26,266 bases of DNA from an uncultured bacterium (GCA_964548195.1 CAZJQC010000017.1:1316-27581), one strand, 5' to 3'; counted from the first letter of the stretch, positions 9,342-17,439 are shown. The notes: generated from the letters alone by a model not told the origin. Program-made: numbers and translations.

Positions 9342-10273
9342 CCGAACGGGGCTCCGGCGGAAGGCAGGGTTATATATACGCATTCGCGGCACTATTCCTG
9401 TGGGGCATACACGGCCCCGCAGGACGTTACCTTGCCCTGAACGGGGTCAATATGTTCTTTGTGACCGCCGCCAGGTTCTGGCTGGGAGCGCTCTTTTTTT
9501 TCCTCTATCTTGCCTTCAGAGGGCTTGTGAAAGACATCTCGTTTTCATACAGCCTCAAACTGGTATTGTCGATATCTTTGATCGGCGTCGCGCTTAATTC
9601 GCTGCTATATCATCTCGCATTGATATATTTGCCGGGGACTCTGGTCATGATACTGGAAAACCTCTCCCCGGTCTTTGTCATGCTTATGTCCTATATGTTT
9701 GAGGACGTGCGGCCCGGCAGAAAAGAGGTCGTGTCGCTGCTGGTGTCGCTGGCGGGTATCGTACTCATAGTGGCCGGAAAAAACAGTTTTTCGGATCTTC
9801 ATCCGCTGTTTGTATTCGGAGTCTTTCTGGGCATACTCACGGGCTTTACGTTCGGCATATATACATATCTGTCATCCGTTTTGGTGCGCCCCCTGAAGGG
9901 CGACACGGACGCGATATCACTTTATCTGTTTAAGATATTCTTCATCACTTCCGTGATGATGACGCCGCTGATGTTTACCCGGGGAAGTCTGCCATCCTCC
10001 ACGACACAATGGTTTTGGCTTGTCGAAATGGGGCTGCTGCAGTCCGGAGCGGCTTATGTGCTCTGGAACAAAGCCCTGTCGCTGCTTCCGGTAAACAGGA
10101 CCTCCGTTTTATTTCTCATGACCATAGTGTTTACAACAATAAACGAAATACTTTTTTTGGGACTCAGGCTGAATATCTTCCTCGTGTCCGGCGGCGGACT
10201 CATCGTGCTGGCAGGCTACATACTTACGGCGAGGCCGGGCGCGACCCGCAAAGGAAAACTGACGGGTATGTGA
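9338..10273 (+). CDS. DMT/EamA family transporter
   Basis: About 10 TM segments in two EamA repeats (LFLWG, NLSPVF, AYVLWNKAL); ATGA overlap with the cyclophilin gene. Confidence 0.88.
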   Translation: MTERGSGGRQGYIYAFAALFLWGIHGPAGRYLALNGVNMFFVTAARFWLGALFFFLYLAFRGLVKDISFSYSLKLVLSISLIGVALNSLLYHLALIYLPGTLVMILENLSPVFVMLMSYMFEDVRPGRKEVVSLLVSLAGIVLIVAGKNSFSDLHPLFVFGVFLGILTGFTFGIYTYLSSVLVRPLKGDTDAISLYLFKIFFITSVMMTPLMFTRGSLPSSTTQWFWLVEMGLLQSGAAYVLWNKALSLLPVNRTSVLFLMTIVFTTINEILFLGLRLNIFLVSGGGLIVLAGYILTARPGATRKGKLTGM

Positions 10274-10445
10274 AATAACACAGCTTGTGCGGAAAAATAA
10301 ATAAAGACCTTTCTCACCCATGTCAATAGGACTGTCAAGCCTCGGCCGAGAGTCCAGGGCGCGCTGCTGTCGGAAGATTTATAATTCTTTACGGCTTGTT
10401 TTTTCGGAACTCAATTCAAAAAGATCATGATAAGGGTATTGAATC

Positions 10446-10473
10446 TTGACATCAGATAAGTCTTTAGTATACT
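10446..10473 (+). promoter_or_regulatory. Strong sigma70-type promoter of the TonB-TBDR operon
   Basis: TTGACA (10446-10451), 16 nt, TATACT (10468-10473). Confidence 0.75.
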
Positions 10474-10500
10474 TCGTTATGTATGCCGAAACATAACGAA
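10473..10500. promoter_or_regulatory. Perfect 10-bp inverted-repeat operator, ModE-box-like
   Basis: TTCGTTATGT-atgccgaa-ACATAACGAA; reads CGTTATGTA-N6-AACATAACG versus ModE consensus CGNTATATA-N6-TATATANCG; covers the predicted transcription start. Confidence 0.7.
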
Positions 10501-11085
10501 ACAAAACGTTTTTTCCCGGGTATGCGCGGGCCGCTGTTTTTAGCCATATTGTTGTCGGCGGCGGCTCATGTCCTGTTTTTTCAGGGATATGGGACAAGAC
10601 GACTTCCCAAAGACGGGTGTCTGGTCAATGTCAGGCTGTTAAGCCCGGTCGTCTCTCCTGACGACGGAAGACCGGAGCCGGACGGTGTCCCCTCAAATAC
10701 CGTTTTCGAAGATACCACTGCCGCTCCGCCGTTGCAAAAAGAGATGGTCTTCGAGACGGATGGAAAGTCGGATTCCGGCGAAAAACAGCTGGCGGAGTAC
10801 TGCAATGACATAAGAGACAAGTTCGCCGGCATGCTTCATTACCCGAGATCGGCGATGGAACGCGGCCTTCAGGGGACAGTGCTGCTCAGGTTTTATGTGG
10901 ACGCGGAGGGGTATATGACAAAAACCGAGATAGCGGAATCTTCGGGAATAAGGGTTCTTGACGACTCCGCCATGAAGACCGCTTCAAAGATCAAACGGGT
11001 ATCCCCGCCCGTTGATTACGGACTGGACCCCCTTACGATTGAAATAGGTTTAAATTATAAATTAAATGAACGGAGGAAAAAATGA
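10483..11085 (+). CDS. tonB: Energy transducer TonB family protein
   Basis: N-terminal TM with S-x3-H (SAAAH); C-terminal YPRSAMERGLQGTVLLRF...SSG...LDDSA. Start may instead be the in-frame ATG 10522. Confidence 0.85.
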   Translation: MPKHNETKRFFPGMRGPLFLAILLSAAAHVLFFQGYGTRRLPKDGCLVNVRLLSPVVSPDDGRPEPDGVPSNTVFEDTTAAPPLQKEMVFETDGKSDSGEKQLAEYCNDIRDKFAGMLHYPRSAMERGLQGTVLLRFYVDAEGYMTKTEIAESSGIRVLDDSAMKTASKIKRVSPPVDYGLDPLTIEIGLNYKLNERRKK

Positions 11086-11927
11086 AAAGGATTATGTTAT
11101 CTGTTTTTGTCATGTTTTTTATTGCGGTTATCGCTGGTTGTGGAAAAGATTCTTCCACTGCGCCTTCAGGTCCTGACTATATCTCATTGGAACTGGGGAC
11201 TGCGGGCAATCAGTGCACATTGAGTACGGATGACGCTGTGTGGTATTCCGTTGATTGCGGCGGGGCCACCACGATGCAGATAGTGTGGGAGGACTCGGAG
11301 TCATCCGATGAGGCAGGCCTGGCCGATATACTGGTGTCCGTATATCAGATGGATGCGGCGACTCCATATAAGATCATATCAAACAACAAGGATTTTGTGG
11401 ACAAGACAAACAGTACGTTCGATAATCCGAAACAGATCAGCCTTGACAAAGGCGAGAGCACTATCCTGATCAAGATAATGGGCGACCCTCTGACCACAAG
11501 CGGCGTCATACCGGGGGACTTCACTATCAGGGTCACCGATGTAAGTGATATAGATCCTGAGACGATATCGCTGGGCGTCTGGCATGAGGATTCATTGGCA
11601 GAGGGCGAGACCGACTGGTTTGAGGTCAGTTCGGGCACGGCATCGACACTCACTGTGATGTGGAAAGAGCTCGAGAGCCCCGAAGGCACCGGTTATACGG
11701 GCGACATCATAGGTTCCGTCTATTATGCCGATGCGGCCACACCATATATCATAGTGGATAACAACAAGGAATTTGAAAATAAAGACAAATCCCATACGGA
11801 TAATCCCAAGAGTATTAATGTCGAGAATAACGCCGTTGTGCTTATAAAGATCGCGTTGAACCCCGATCATATCGGCGGACCTCAGGCGGGATCTTATGCC
11901 GTATGTGTGGTGGATGCCGCGTTATGA
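11082..11927 (+). CDS. Lipoprotein made of two tandem homologous beta-rich domains
   Basis: SD GGAGG; lipobox IAGC; internal repeat with 126-aa period (SVYQMDAATPYKIISNNKDF / SVYYADAATPYIIVDNNKEF). Confidence 0.85.
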   Translation: MKRIMLSVFVMFFIAVIAGCGKDSSTAPSGPDYISLELGTAGNQCTLSTDDAVWYSVDCGGATTMQIVWEDSESSDEAGLADILVSVYQMDAATPYKIISNNKDFVDKTNSTFDNPKQISLDKGESTILIKIMGDPLTTSGVIPGDFTIRVTDVSDIDPETISLGVWHEDSLAEGETDWFEVSSGTASTLTVMWKELESPEGTGYTGDIIGSVYYADAATPYIIVDNNKEFENKDKSHTDNPKSINVENNAVVLIKIALNPDHIGGPQAGSYAVCVVDAAL

Positions 11928-14062
11928 AAAACATAAAATCATATTTTTTGATGTTTTTTGCAATGGCCCTGACAGCTGTCGCATGGGGGCAGGAAACTGT
12001 ACGCATCAGGGAGATCGAGATCGACGGCTATTACGACGGGATGTTGTACAAAGACCTGGACGAGACAGTGGGTATCATAAACGCATTGGGGAGGAGCGAT
12101 CTTTCTTCCCTTGCCTTCGATGTGGTCGGGGATGCCATAAAGCGCATGCCCGGGTTATACCTTTCCGGCCCGGTAACCACAAATCGTAATATCCGTATGG
12201 CGGGACTGGACAAGGAATATCAGTCCATAACCGTCAACGGCTATCGTCCCGCGGGAGGCGAAGACCGGCGCGACTTCAAGCTTGACAGGATACCCGTTTC
12301 CATGGTGGATTCGGTAAAATTGTATGTGAACCAGCCTTCATGGCTTGGTTATGACGGCATAGGCGGAGCAATCGACATAAGGCTTAAGGAGGCTGATTTT
12401 AAGGCCGGACTGGATATCAGGACCGCCTTTAAATATATGGATGTTTCAGATAATATAGACCCCGAGGCCGAGGTCGAATATAAAGATCACAAGGGTCCCT
12501 GGGCATACATGGCGGGTATTTCATATCTGCCGTTCCGCAGGACTGAATCGACAATATACTCCGCCCTTGACGGTTCTTTTGAACCGGATGACAGAACTGA
12601 GACACTTGAGGGGTATCTGGGCGCCCTTAACCTTTCCTTGGTCCGCAAGGTGTCGTCGGGGGAATACTTTTCAAGATTTTTCCTGAGTGATTATACCGAG
12701 AATACGGATGTGAAAGACGGCCTGTCCCTTAAATCCGAAACGGGCGACTATGTGAGCTGGCAGCGCGAGTACACCTCGGAAGAAAAACTCAGAAAGTATT
12801 ATGAGATTTCGGGCGGATACCGGGGTGACATCTTTGATAATATCACCGGAGAGTTTTCGGCCGACGCGTCATATTACAGGGACAGAAAATATAAAGACAG
12901 CTTCAAAGAAAAGACCGGGGGAAGCCAGATCGACCTGGAGTATGAGGATCAATATGTCTACTATGGCGCCGGCAGGGCCGATATGCGGGTCACGGATTCC
13001 GGGATCTCTTTCGGGGTCAGGGCATCCTATAATTTCAGGGATGTGGACCGTGACGTATATAGCCGCAAGATCTCCGAACAGCTGGATTATGAGCATATCG
13101 ACAGTTCCTTTGAGGTTGAAGAAGGCGCGGCCTCTTTCTACATTGATAAAGACATTGAGCTTGGCAGCGGAGTGGTCGCGGCGCCGGGTGTCTCATGCGA
13201 ATATTTTTCAGGAGTCTACAGGACTGTTCTCGAACAGGGTATAAACCGCATATTCACATACTCCCCGAAATTATCGCTAAAGGCCCGGATGGGGCGGCAT
13301 GCGGTCTTCAAGGGAGAGTTCAGCCGTCAGATCGAACGTCCGCCCTTCATGTACGTGGCTCCCGTTGACAAGATAAAGGTCAAGAAGGAAAGGATCGAGG
13401 CGGGAAACCCGAAACTTGACCCTGCGTATTCATGGAATACTGACCTGCGTCTTGAATACAGGGCCGGGGACTTTGCGGTAAGCGCCGGGGGATTTTTCAA
13501 GGATGTCCGTGATATGATAGCGATGCAGTATATCGGCAAGAGCACTGATTCGGCCACGTACGATTATGACATATACAAACCGGTGAATATTTCCGAAGGC
13601 AGTGTATACGGACTGCTTGGAGAAGCTGAGTTTTCATTTGAGTTCTTTGATAATGTCAACTTGTTAATGGAGGCCAATTACACCTATTACGGTTCGCGCA
13701 TCATGGACCCCAATACAGGCGACTACAACAGGCTTGAGGAACAGCCGGATTATGTCCTCAATCTCATTACAACCCTTTATGCCGATTCCGTCGGGATCGT
13801 CGTTCAGGGCGGATTGAATATCATAGGGGAACGCAAGACACCCGCCAGCGTCGACATCGACGGGAATGCCATAGAATCAGTGACCTATGAGTCCATCGCG
13901 CAGATCGATCTGAAGGTAAAATATTATGTGAACGAATGGCTGCAGGTCTTTATATCAGGAGAAAACATCGGAAATGAGAAAAGTGTCGAGACCAGCGGCC
14001 TTGTCGCCAAGGAGATGACACCGGGTATCTTGTTGAGATGCGGCTCACGGATAATGTTATAG
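11924..14062 (+). CDS. TonB-dependent outer-membrane receptor
   Basis: Signal peptide; plug motifs (DAIKRMPGL, IRMAGL, ITVNG, LDRIPVSMVDSV, DGIGGAIDI); barrel motifs GNPKLDP, DLKVKY, GENIGNE; ATGA overlap gives start 11924. Confidence 0.9.
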   Translation: MKNIKSYFLMFFAMALTAVAWGQETVRIREIEIDGYYDGMLYKDLDETVGIINALGRSDLSSLAFDVVGDAIKRMPGLYLSGPVTTNRNIRMAGLDKEYQSITVNGYRPAGGEDRRDFKLDRIPVSMVDSVKLYVNQPSWLGYDGIGGAIDIRLKEADFKAGLDIRTAFKYMDVSDNIDPEAEVEYKDHKGPWAYMAGISYLPFRRTESTIYSALDGSFEPDDRTETLEGYLGALNLSLVRKVSSGEYFSRFFLSDYTENTDVKDGLSLKSETGDYVSWQREYTSEEKLRKYYEISGGYRGDIFDNITGEFSADASYYRDRKYKDSFKEKTGGSQIDLEYEDQYVYYGAGRADMRVTDSGISFGVRASYNFRDVDRDVYSRKISEQLDYEHIDSSFEVEEGAASFYIDKDIELGSGVVAAPGVSCEYFSGVYRTVLEQGINRIFTYSPKLSLKARMGRHAVFKGEFSRQIERPPFMYVAPVDKIKVKKERIEAGNPKLDPAYSWNTDLRLEYRAGDFAVSAGGFFKDVRDMIAMQYIGKSTDSATYDYDIYKPVNISEGSVYGLLGEAEFSFEFFDNVNLLMEANYTYYGSRIMDPNTGDYNRLEEQPDYVLNLITTLYADSVGIVVQGGLNIIGERKTPASVDIDGNAIESVTYESIAQIDLKVKYYVNEWLQVFISGENIGNEKSVETSGLVAKEMTPGILLRCGSRIML

Positions 14063-14069
14063 GGGAATT

Positions 14070-14804
14070 ATGAGAATATATATCGCTTTTGATGACACCG
14101 ATGTAATTGACTGCGGGCGGGGTACCGGCAAACTCGCCCGCTGGTTTGAAGAAAGGCTGCCGCATGGGGTGTCCATGACCGGGGTGATACGGCATCAGCT
14201 TCTTGTGGCCGATGATATTCCATACACCTCGCATAACAGTTCTTTGTGCCTGGTTGCCGAGGCGCCTTCCCCGGATGTTATCCCGGAGATCATCGAACGG
14301 GCTGCAAAACACATAAAGGAACATTTTTTCGAAGGCAGTGACCCCGGCCTATGTGTCGCGGGAGAGTCCGATCCGGCGTTGAACGCCCTCCTTGATTTCA
14401 GCAAGACATGTCTGCAGAGAAAAGTCTCTCAAGCGGAGGCCATGAAGGCGGCGGCGGGCATACATCTCTCCGGACATGGCGGCACTGATGACGGCATAAT
14501 CGGAGCCGCGGCGGCGGTGGGATTGACCCATCACGGCATGAGCGGGCGGTTTATAGAGTGCGGGGGGAGGCCTTTGCGCGATTATCCCCTTGCAGTCTCC
14601 GCGGGAGAGCTTGTGAAAAACGGGTTGATCCCCGTTTCCGTGGGGCGGAACTCGGAGCTTCCGGCCGATGATGCGTTGATACATAACGGCGGCTGGCTCA
14701 GGCCGCGTCTGTTCACCGGAAAGGCCGTAGTGCCCGTATGCAGGGATAAGAAAAGCGGCGAATGGTATTGCACCGGCAAGGTCATATACGATGAAAAAGA
14801 ATAA
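14070..14804 (+). CDS. Stand-alone TiaS (COG1571) catalytic-domain-like protein
   Basis: N-terminal IAFDDTD...GTG, RHQL...IPYTSHNS, SDPGLCV, GIIGAAAAVG; 244 aa, no C-terminal Zn-ribbon Cys pairs. Confidence 0.7.
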   Translation: MRIYIAFDDTDVIDCGRGTGKLARWFEERLPHGVSMTGVIRHQLLVADDIPYTSHNSSLCLVAEAPSPDVIPEIIERAAKHIKEHFFEGSDPGLCVAGESDPALNALLDFSKTCLQRKVSQAEAMKAAAGIHLSGHGGTDDGIIGAAAAVGLTHHGMSGRFIECGGRPLRDYPLAVSAGELVKNGLIPVSVGRNSELPADDALIHNGGWLRPRLFTGKAVVPVCRDKKSGEWYCTGKVIYDEKE

Positions 14805-16464
14805 AATAACACTGAAAGACTACATGGTAAAAGAGAAAAGACGGATCATATACGGCTTTTTATGTACATTGATGATGGGCATGTCCGAGGTCTTTACGGG
14901 AGCGATGCTCAAACTGTTTACGGATACGCTCAGCGGCAAGGGAAGCAGTTTTAACGGCGAGGTGTTAAAACTGCATCTTAAGTTTTCAATAAAAAACATA
15001 TTTAATGACGGCAATATGACATTGTTTGATAAAAAGCTGGCGGGGTCGGCCCAGGTACTGTCAGCCCTGTATTATCTTTGCGCCGCATTTTTGGGGATCT
15101 ATCTTCTCAAAGTGCTGTTTGATTATCTGAGATCCGTCATGATGAACGGCGCCGCCGAGGGCATGCTGCGCGATTTCAAAAAAGACCTCTATGCCAAGTC
15201 ACTGCGCCTCTCTGAAAATGCCTTTTCCCGAAGAAAACCGGGGGACATCGTCTCCAGAATGACATTCGACGTGATGAGATTGAGAGAACTTGTCGAAATG
15301 CTCATAGAAGTCTCAAGATCCGTGATCTATATTATAATATTCCTGCCTTTGATGTTTGTGTTAAACTGGAAGCTGACGCTGATGACATTCGTGTTTTATC
15401 CGGTATCTGTCTATATGATAGATAAGCTCGGCAAGATCATCTCAGGGCTTGGGAAAAAAGTCTCGGACAATGTCGGGGAATATACCGCTTATTTTGAGGA
15501 ATCACTCAACCACAGAAGGGTCATCAATGCGTTGGGGAAGGAATCGCGAAGAAAACAGTTGTTTTCATCGCTTATAGATAAAAACTATCTCTTGAATCTT
15601 AAACTGATCAAAGCCAGGTATATGCTTAAGCCGTCAAACGAGTTCATAGGGATGCTCTTCCTCGGGGTCTTGTTCCTGATATTAGGCAGGGGCTTTGTGC
15701 ACAACGGCAAAACACCCGGGGATATTATGCTATACCTTTACTTTGTAAAGACATCCTATAAACCCCTCAAGAAAGTCGCGCACGCCGTGGGGACGCTGCA
15801 AGTCGCCTTGGTCAGCAGCCGCAAGATCTTTGACTTTCTTGACGATGAGGAGGATGAAAACAGGGGGGGCGAGATAACATCGCCCGCGTACGCATCCATG
15901 GAATCAATGGGCCTGGCCTATTCCTACGACGGCATCAACAATGTTTTCAGCGGTATCACTGTCAGCATAAGATCGGGTGACAGGCTGTGCGTGACCGGGC
16001 CTTCAGGGGCGGGGAAGACAACATTGCTTAAGATATTCGCGGGGCTTTTGGACGATTACAGGGGCAGTGTCAGGTTTTGCGGCGATGAGATCAGGAATCA
16101 CGGAGAGTATGCCGGCGGCAATGCGCTTCTTTTGTCCTCTTTTGACGCATATCCGGGTGATCCTTTTGAGGAGATCTCGGATAATATAAACGGTGATGAT
16201 CTGCTTGCAGGATTGAGGCGGTCGGTCGCGGAAAGACACGGCGCGGATTATTCGCGCATGCCCAATGGCGCCAGAGCGGCATTGATAGTCGGCTGCGCGC
16301 TGGCCCGGAAGCCTGCCATGCTGCTTATTGATGAGCTTTGCGATTTTATGGATGATGAGCTCGCGGATAGACTTGAACCTTTGTTTGAAAAAGTGCCGAT
16401 CGTGGTGATAGTCTCCGCCAGGGATAGTGTGATATCCCGCTGCAACAGCCGATTAAGACTATGA
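14791..16464 (+). CDS. MsbA-like ABC exporter (TMD-NBD) with degenerate nucleotide-binding domain
   Basis: ABC TM domain (GDIVSRMTFDV, NWKLTL); Walker A GPSGAGKTT and Walker B LLIDE present, signature, Q-loop and H-loop altered. Confidence 0.82.
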   Translation: MKKNKITLKDYMVKEKRRIIYGFLCTLMMGMSEVFTGAMLKLFTDTLSGKGSSFNGEVLKLHLKFSIKNIFNDGNMTLFDKKLAGSAQVLSALYYLCAAFLGIYLLKVLFDYLRSVMMNGAAEGMLRDFKKDLYAKSLRLSENAFSRRKPGDIVSRMTFDVMRLRELVEMLIEVSRSVIYIIIFLPLMFVLNWKLTLMTFVFYPVSVYMIDKLGKIISGLGKKVSDNVGEYTAYFEESLNHRRVINALGKESRRKQLFSSLIDKNYLLNLKLIKARYMLKPSNEFIGMLFLGVLFLILGRGFVHNGKTPGDIMLYLYFVKTSYKPLKKVAHAVGTLQVALVSSRKIFDFLDDEEDENRGGEITSPAYASMESMGLAYSYDGINNVFSGITVSIRSGDRLCVTGPSGAGKTTLLKIFAGLLDDYRGSVRFCGDEIRNHGEYAGGNALLLSSFDAYPGDPFEEISDNINGDDLLAGLRRSVAERHGADYSRMPNGARAALIVGCALARKPAMLLIDELCDFMDDELADRLEPLFEKVPIVVIVSARDSVISRCNSRLRL

Positions 16465-16473
16465 GAAATACCC

Positions 16474-16502
16474 TTTACAAAAAAAAACATACGAAGTAAA
16501 AT
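16474..16502 (+). promoter_or_regulatory. Sigma70-type promoter
   Basis: TTTACA (16474-16479), 17 nt, TAAAAT (16497-16502). Confidence 0.6.
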
Positions 16503-16522
16503 CGGTATTATGAGGTGTGGAT

Positions 16523-17164
16523 ATGAAAAATATTATCATTGTCCTTACGATAGGGATAATAATACTGATGCTTAACATCCTTTTAGGTTCGCCTGCTCCC
16601 GTCGAGTCGGACTATTATGACTCCCTTCTGGATACGTCAGCCGATCCGGTCCAGACTGCCACCGAAACCGGACCCTTTTATGTCCGTGTCAAACATGGCA
16701 CGATGAAACTCACCCCCAAGGCCGCATATTCCGCAACCGCGCGGGTGGCCCATAAAAAAAAGTACTCATTCGGATGGAATGCGGCTCTGGCGCCTTATGA
16801 CCTGGCCCTTTCCTGGGGAAAACTCAATCATGACAGTGTGATGCCGCATGTCAGGTACAGGCAATCGGGCCGCTGGTATTTTTTTAAATTTGACGCCCTG
16901 TGTCCGGTCAGCGGGGCATATATCTCGGCTCATTCCTCGAACAACCACATCATGCATGCGTCGGACAATATACTCCGCGTGCTTAAAAAGGTCCGTGCCG
17001 GGGATTTTTTAAGGCTTGACGGCTATCTGGTCTTTGCGGACGGCTTTATCCGGGGCGATGAGGTCCATTGGCACTCCAGCCTGAACAGAAAAGACACCGG
17101 CGACGGGGCGTGTGAAGTGTTTTATGTCAATAGAATATGGTATGACGGAAAAATATATGAGTGA
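16523..17164 (+). CDS. Membrane-anchored or exported conserved hypothetical protein
   Basis: SD GAGGTG; N-terminal hydrophobic segment; motifs PYDLALSWG, SSNNH, GYLV, WHSSL-x-R-x-DTGDGACE. Confidence 0.8.
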   Translation: MKNIIIVLTIGIIILMLNILLGSPAPVESDYYDSLLDTSADPVQTATETGPFYVRVKHGTMKLTPKAAYSATARVAHKKKYSFGWNAALAPYDLALSWGKLNHDSVMPHVRYRQSGRWYFFKFDALCPVSGAYISAHSSNNHIMHASDNILRVLKKVRAGDFLRLDGYLVFADGFIRGDEVHWHSSLNRKDTGDGACEVFYVNRIWYDGKIYE

Positions 17165-17174
17165 ATGCGGTTCA

Positions 17175-17218
17175 CCCCCGATTTTCGACGTTTCATCCCC
17201 CGAAAACGACGTTTCGTC
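17175..17218 (+). repeat. Imperfect direct repeat with 10-bp cores 11 bp apart (LytTR-type site)
   Basis: GACGTTTCAT (17187-17196), N11, GACGTTTCGT (17208-17217); each core preceded by CCCCCGA. Confidence 0.65.
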
Positions 17219-17227
17219 GGAAGGCGG

Positions 17228-17255
17228 TTGCGCGTAAGTCCTGGGGGGGTAGACT
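17228..17255 (+). promoter_or_regulatory. Weak promoter just downstream of the direct repeat
   Basis: TTGCGC (17228-17233), 16 nt, TAGACT (17250-17255). Confidence 0.4.
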
Positions 17256-17439
17256 CTATCGATGGGACTCATTGCGAGATCAATAACTATTCCGGCATGC
17301 CGGCCTTTGGCTAATTGTTGTCCGGGTTCTGAATTGTTTTCAATGCTTATAATCTGATTGTTTTTTCCTTTTTATTCCCCTTTCGCAGCGGGTCCCTCTG
17401 ACTCATCCGGAACCGTTGCCTCCCGTGTCAATCTTTTTA

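Noticed and set aside
10320..10338. TGTCAA direct repeat resembling a Pho box
   Set aside because: Period is 12 bp rather than 11, and it lies over 100 bp from the promoter with no adjacent -10
10329..10355. Palindrome CTCGGCCGAG with GGACT/AGTCC flanks, considered as a riboswitch or terminator
   Set aside because: No U-tract, no cobalamin, Moco or TPP riboswitch motifs recognised, and it is upstream of the predicted promoter
10414..10444. ATTCAA-N19-TTGAAT inverted repeat upstream of the -35
   Set aside because: 6-bp AT-rich arms are expected by chance in this intergenic region
14070..14804. Annotation as tiaS or as an ABC substrate-binding protein
   Set aside because: Too short for TiaS and lacks its Zn ribbon; no signal peptide or lipobox for a binding protein
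17370..17425. Minus-strand GATGAGTC...GAAA resembling a hammerhead ribozyme, and a 19-aa minus-strand ORF
   Set aside because: Core reads CGGAUGA rather than CUGAUGA, the stems could not be built, and the upstream TTGACA has no -10
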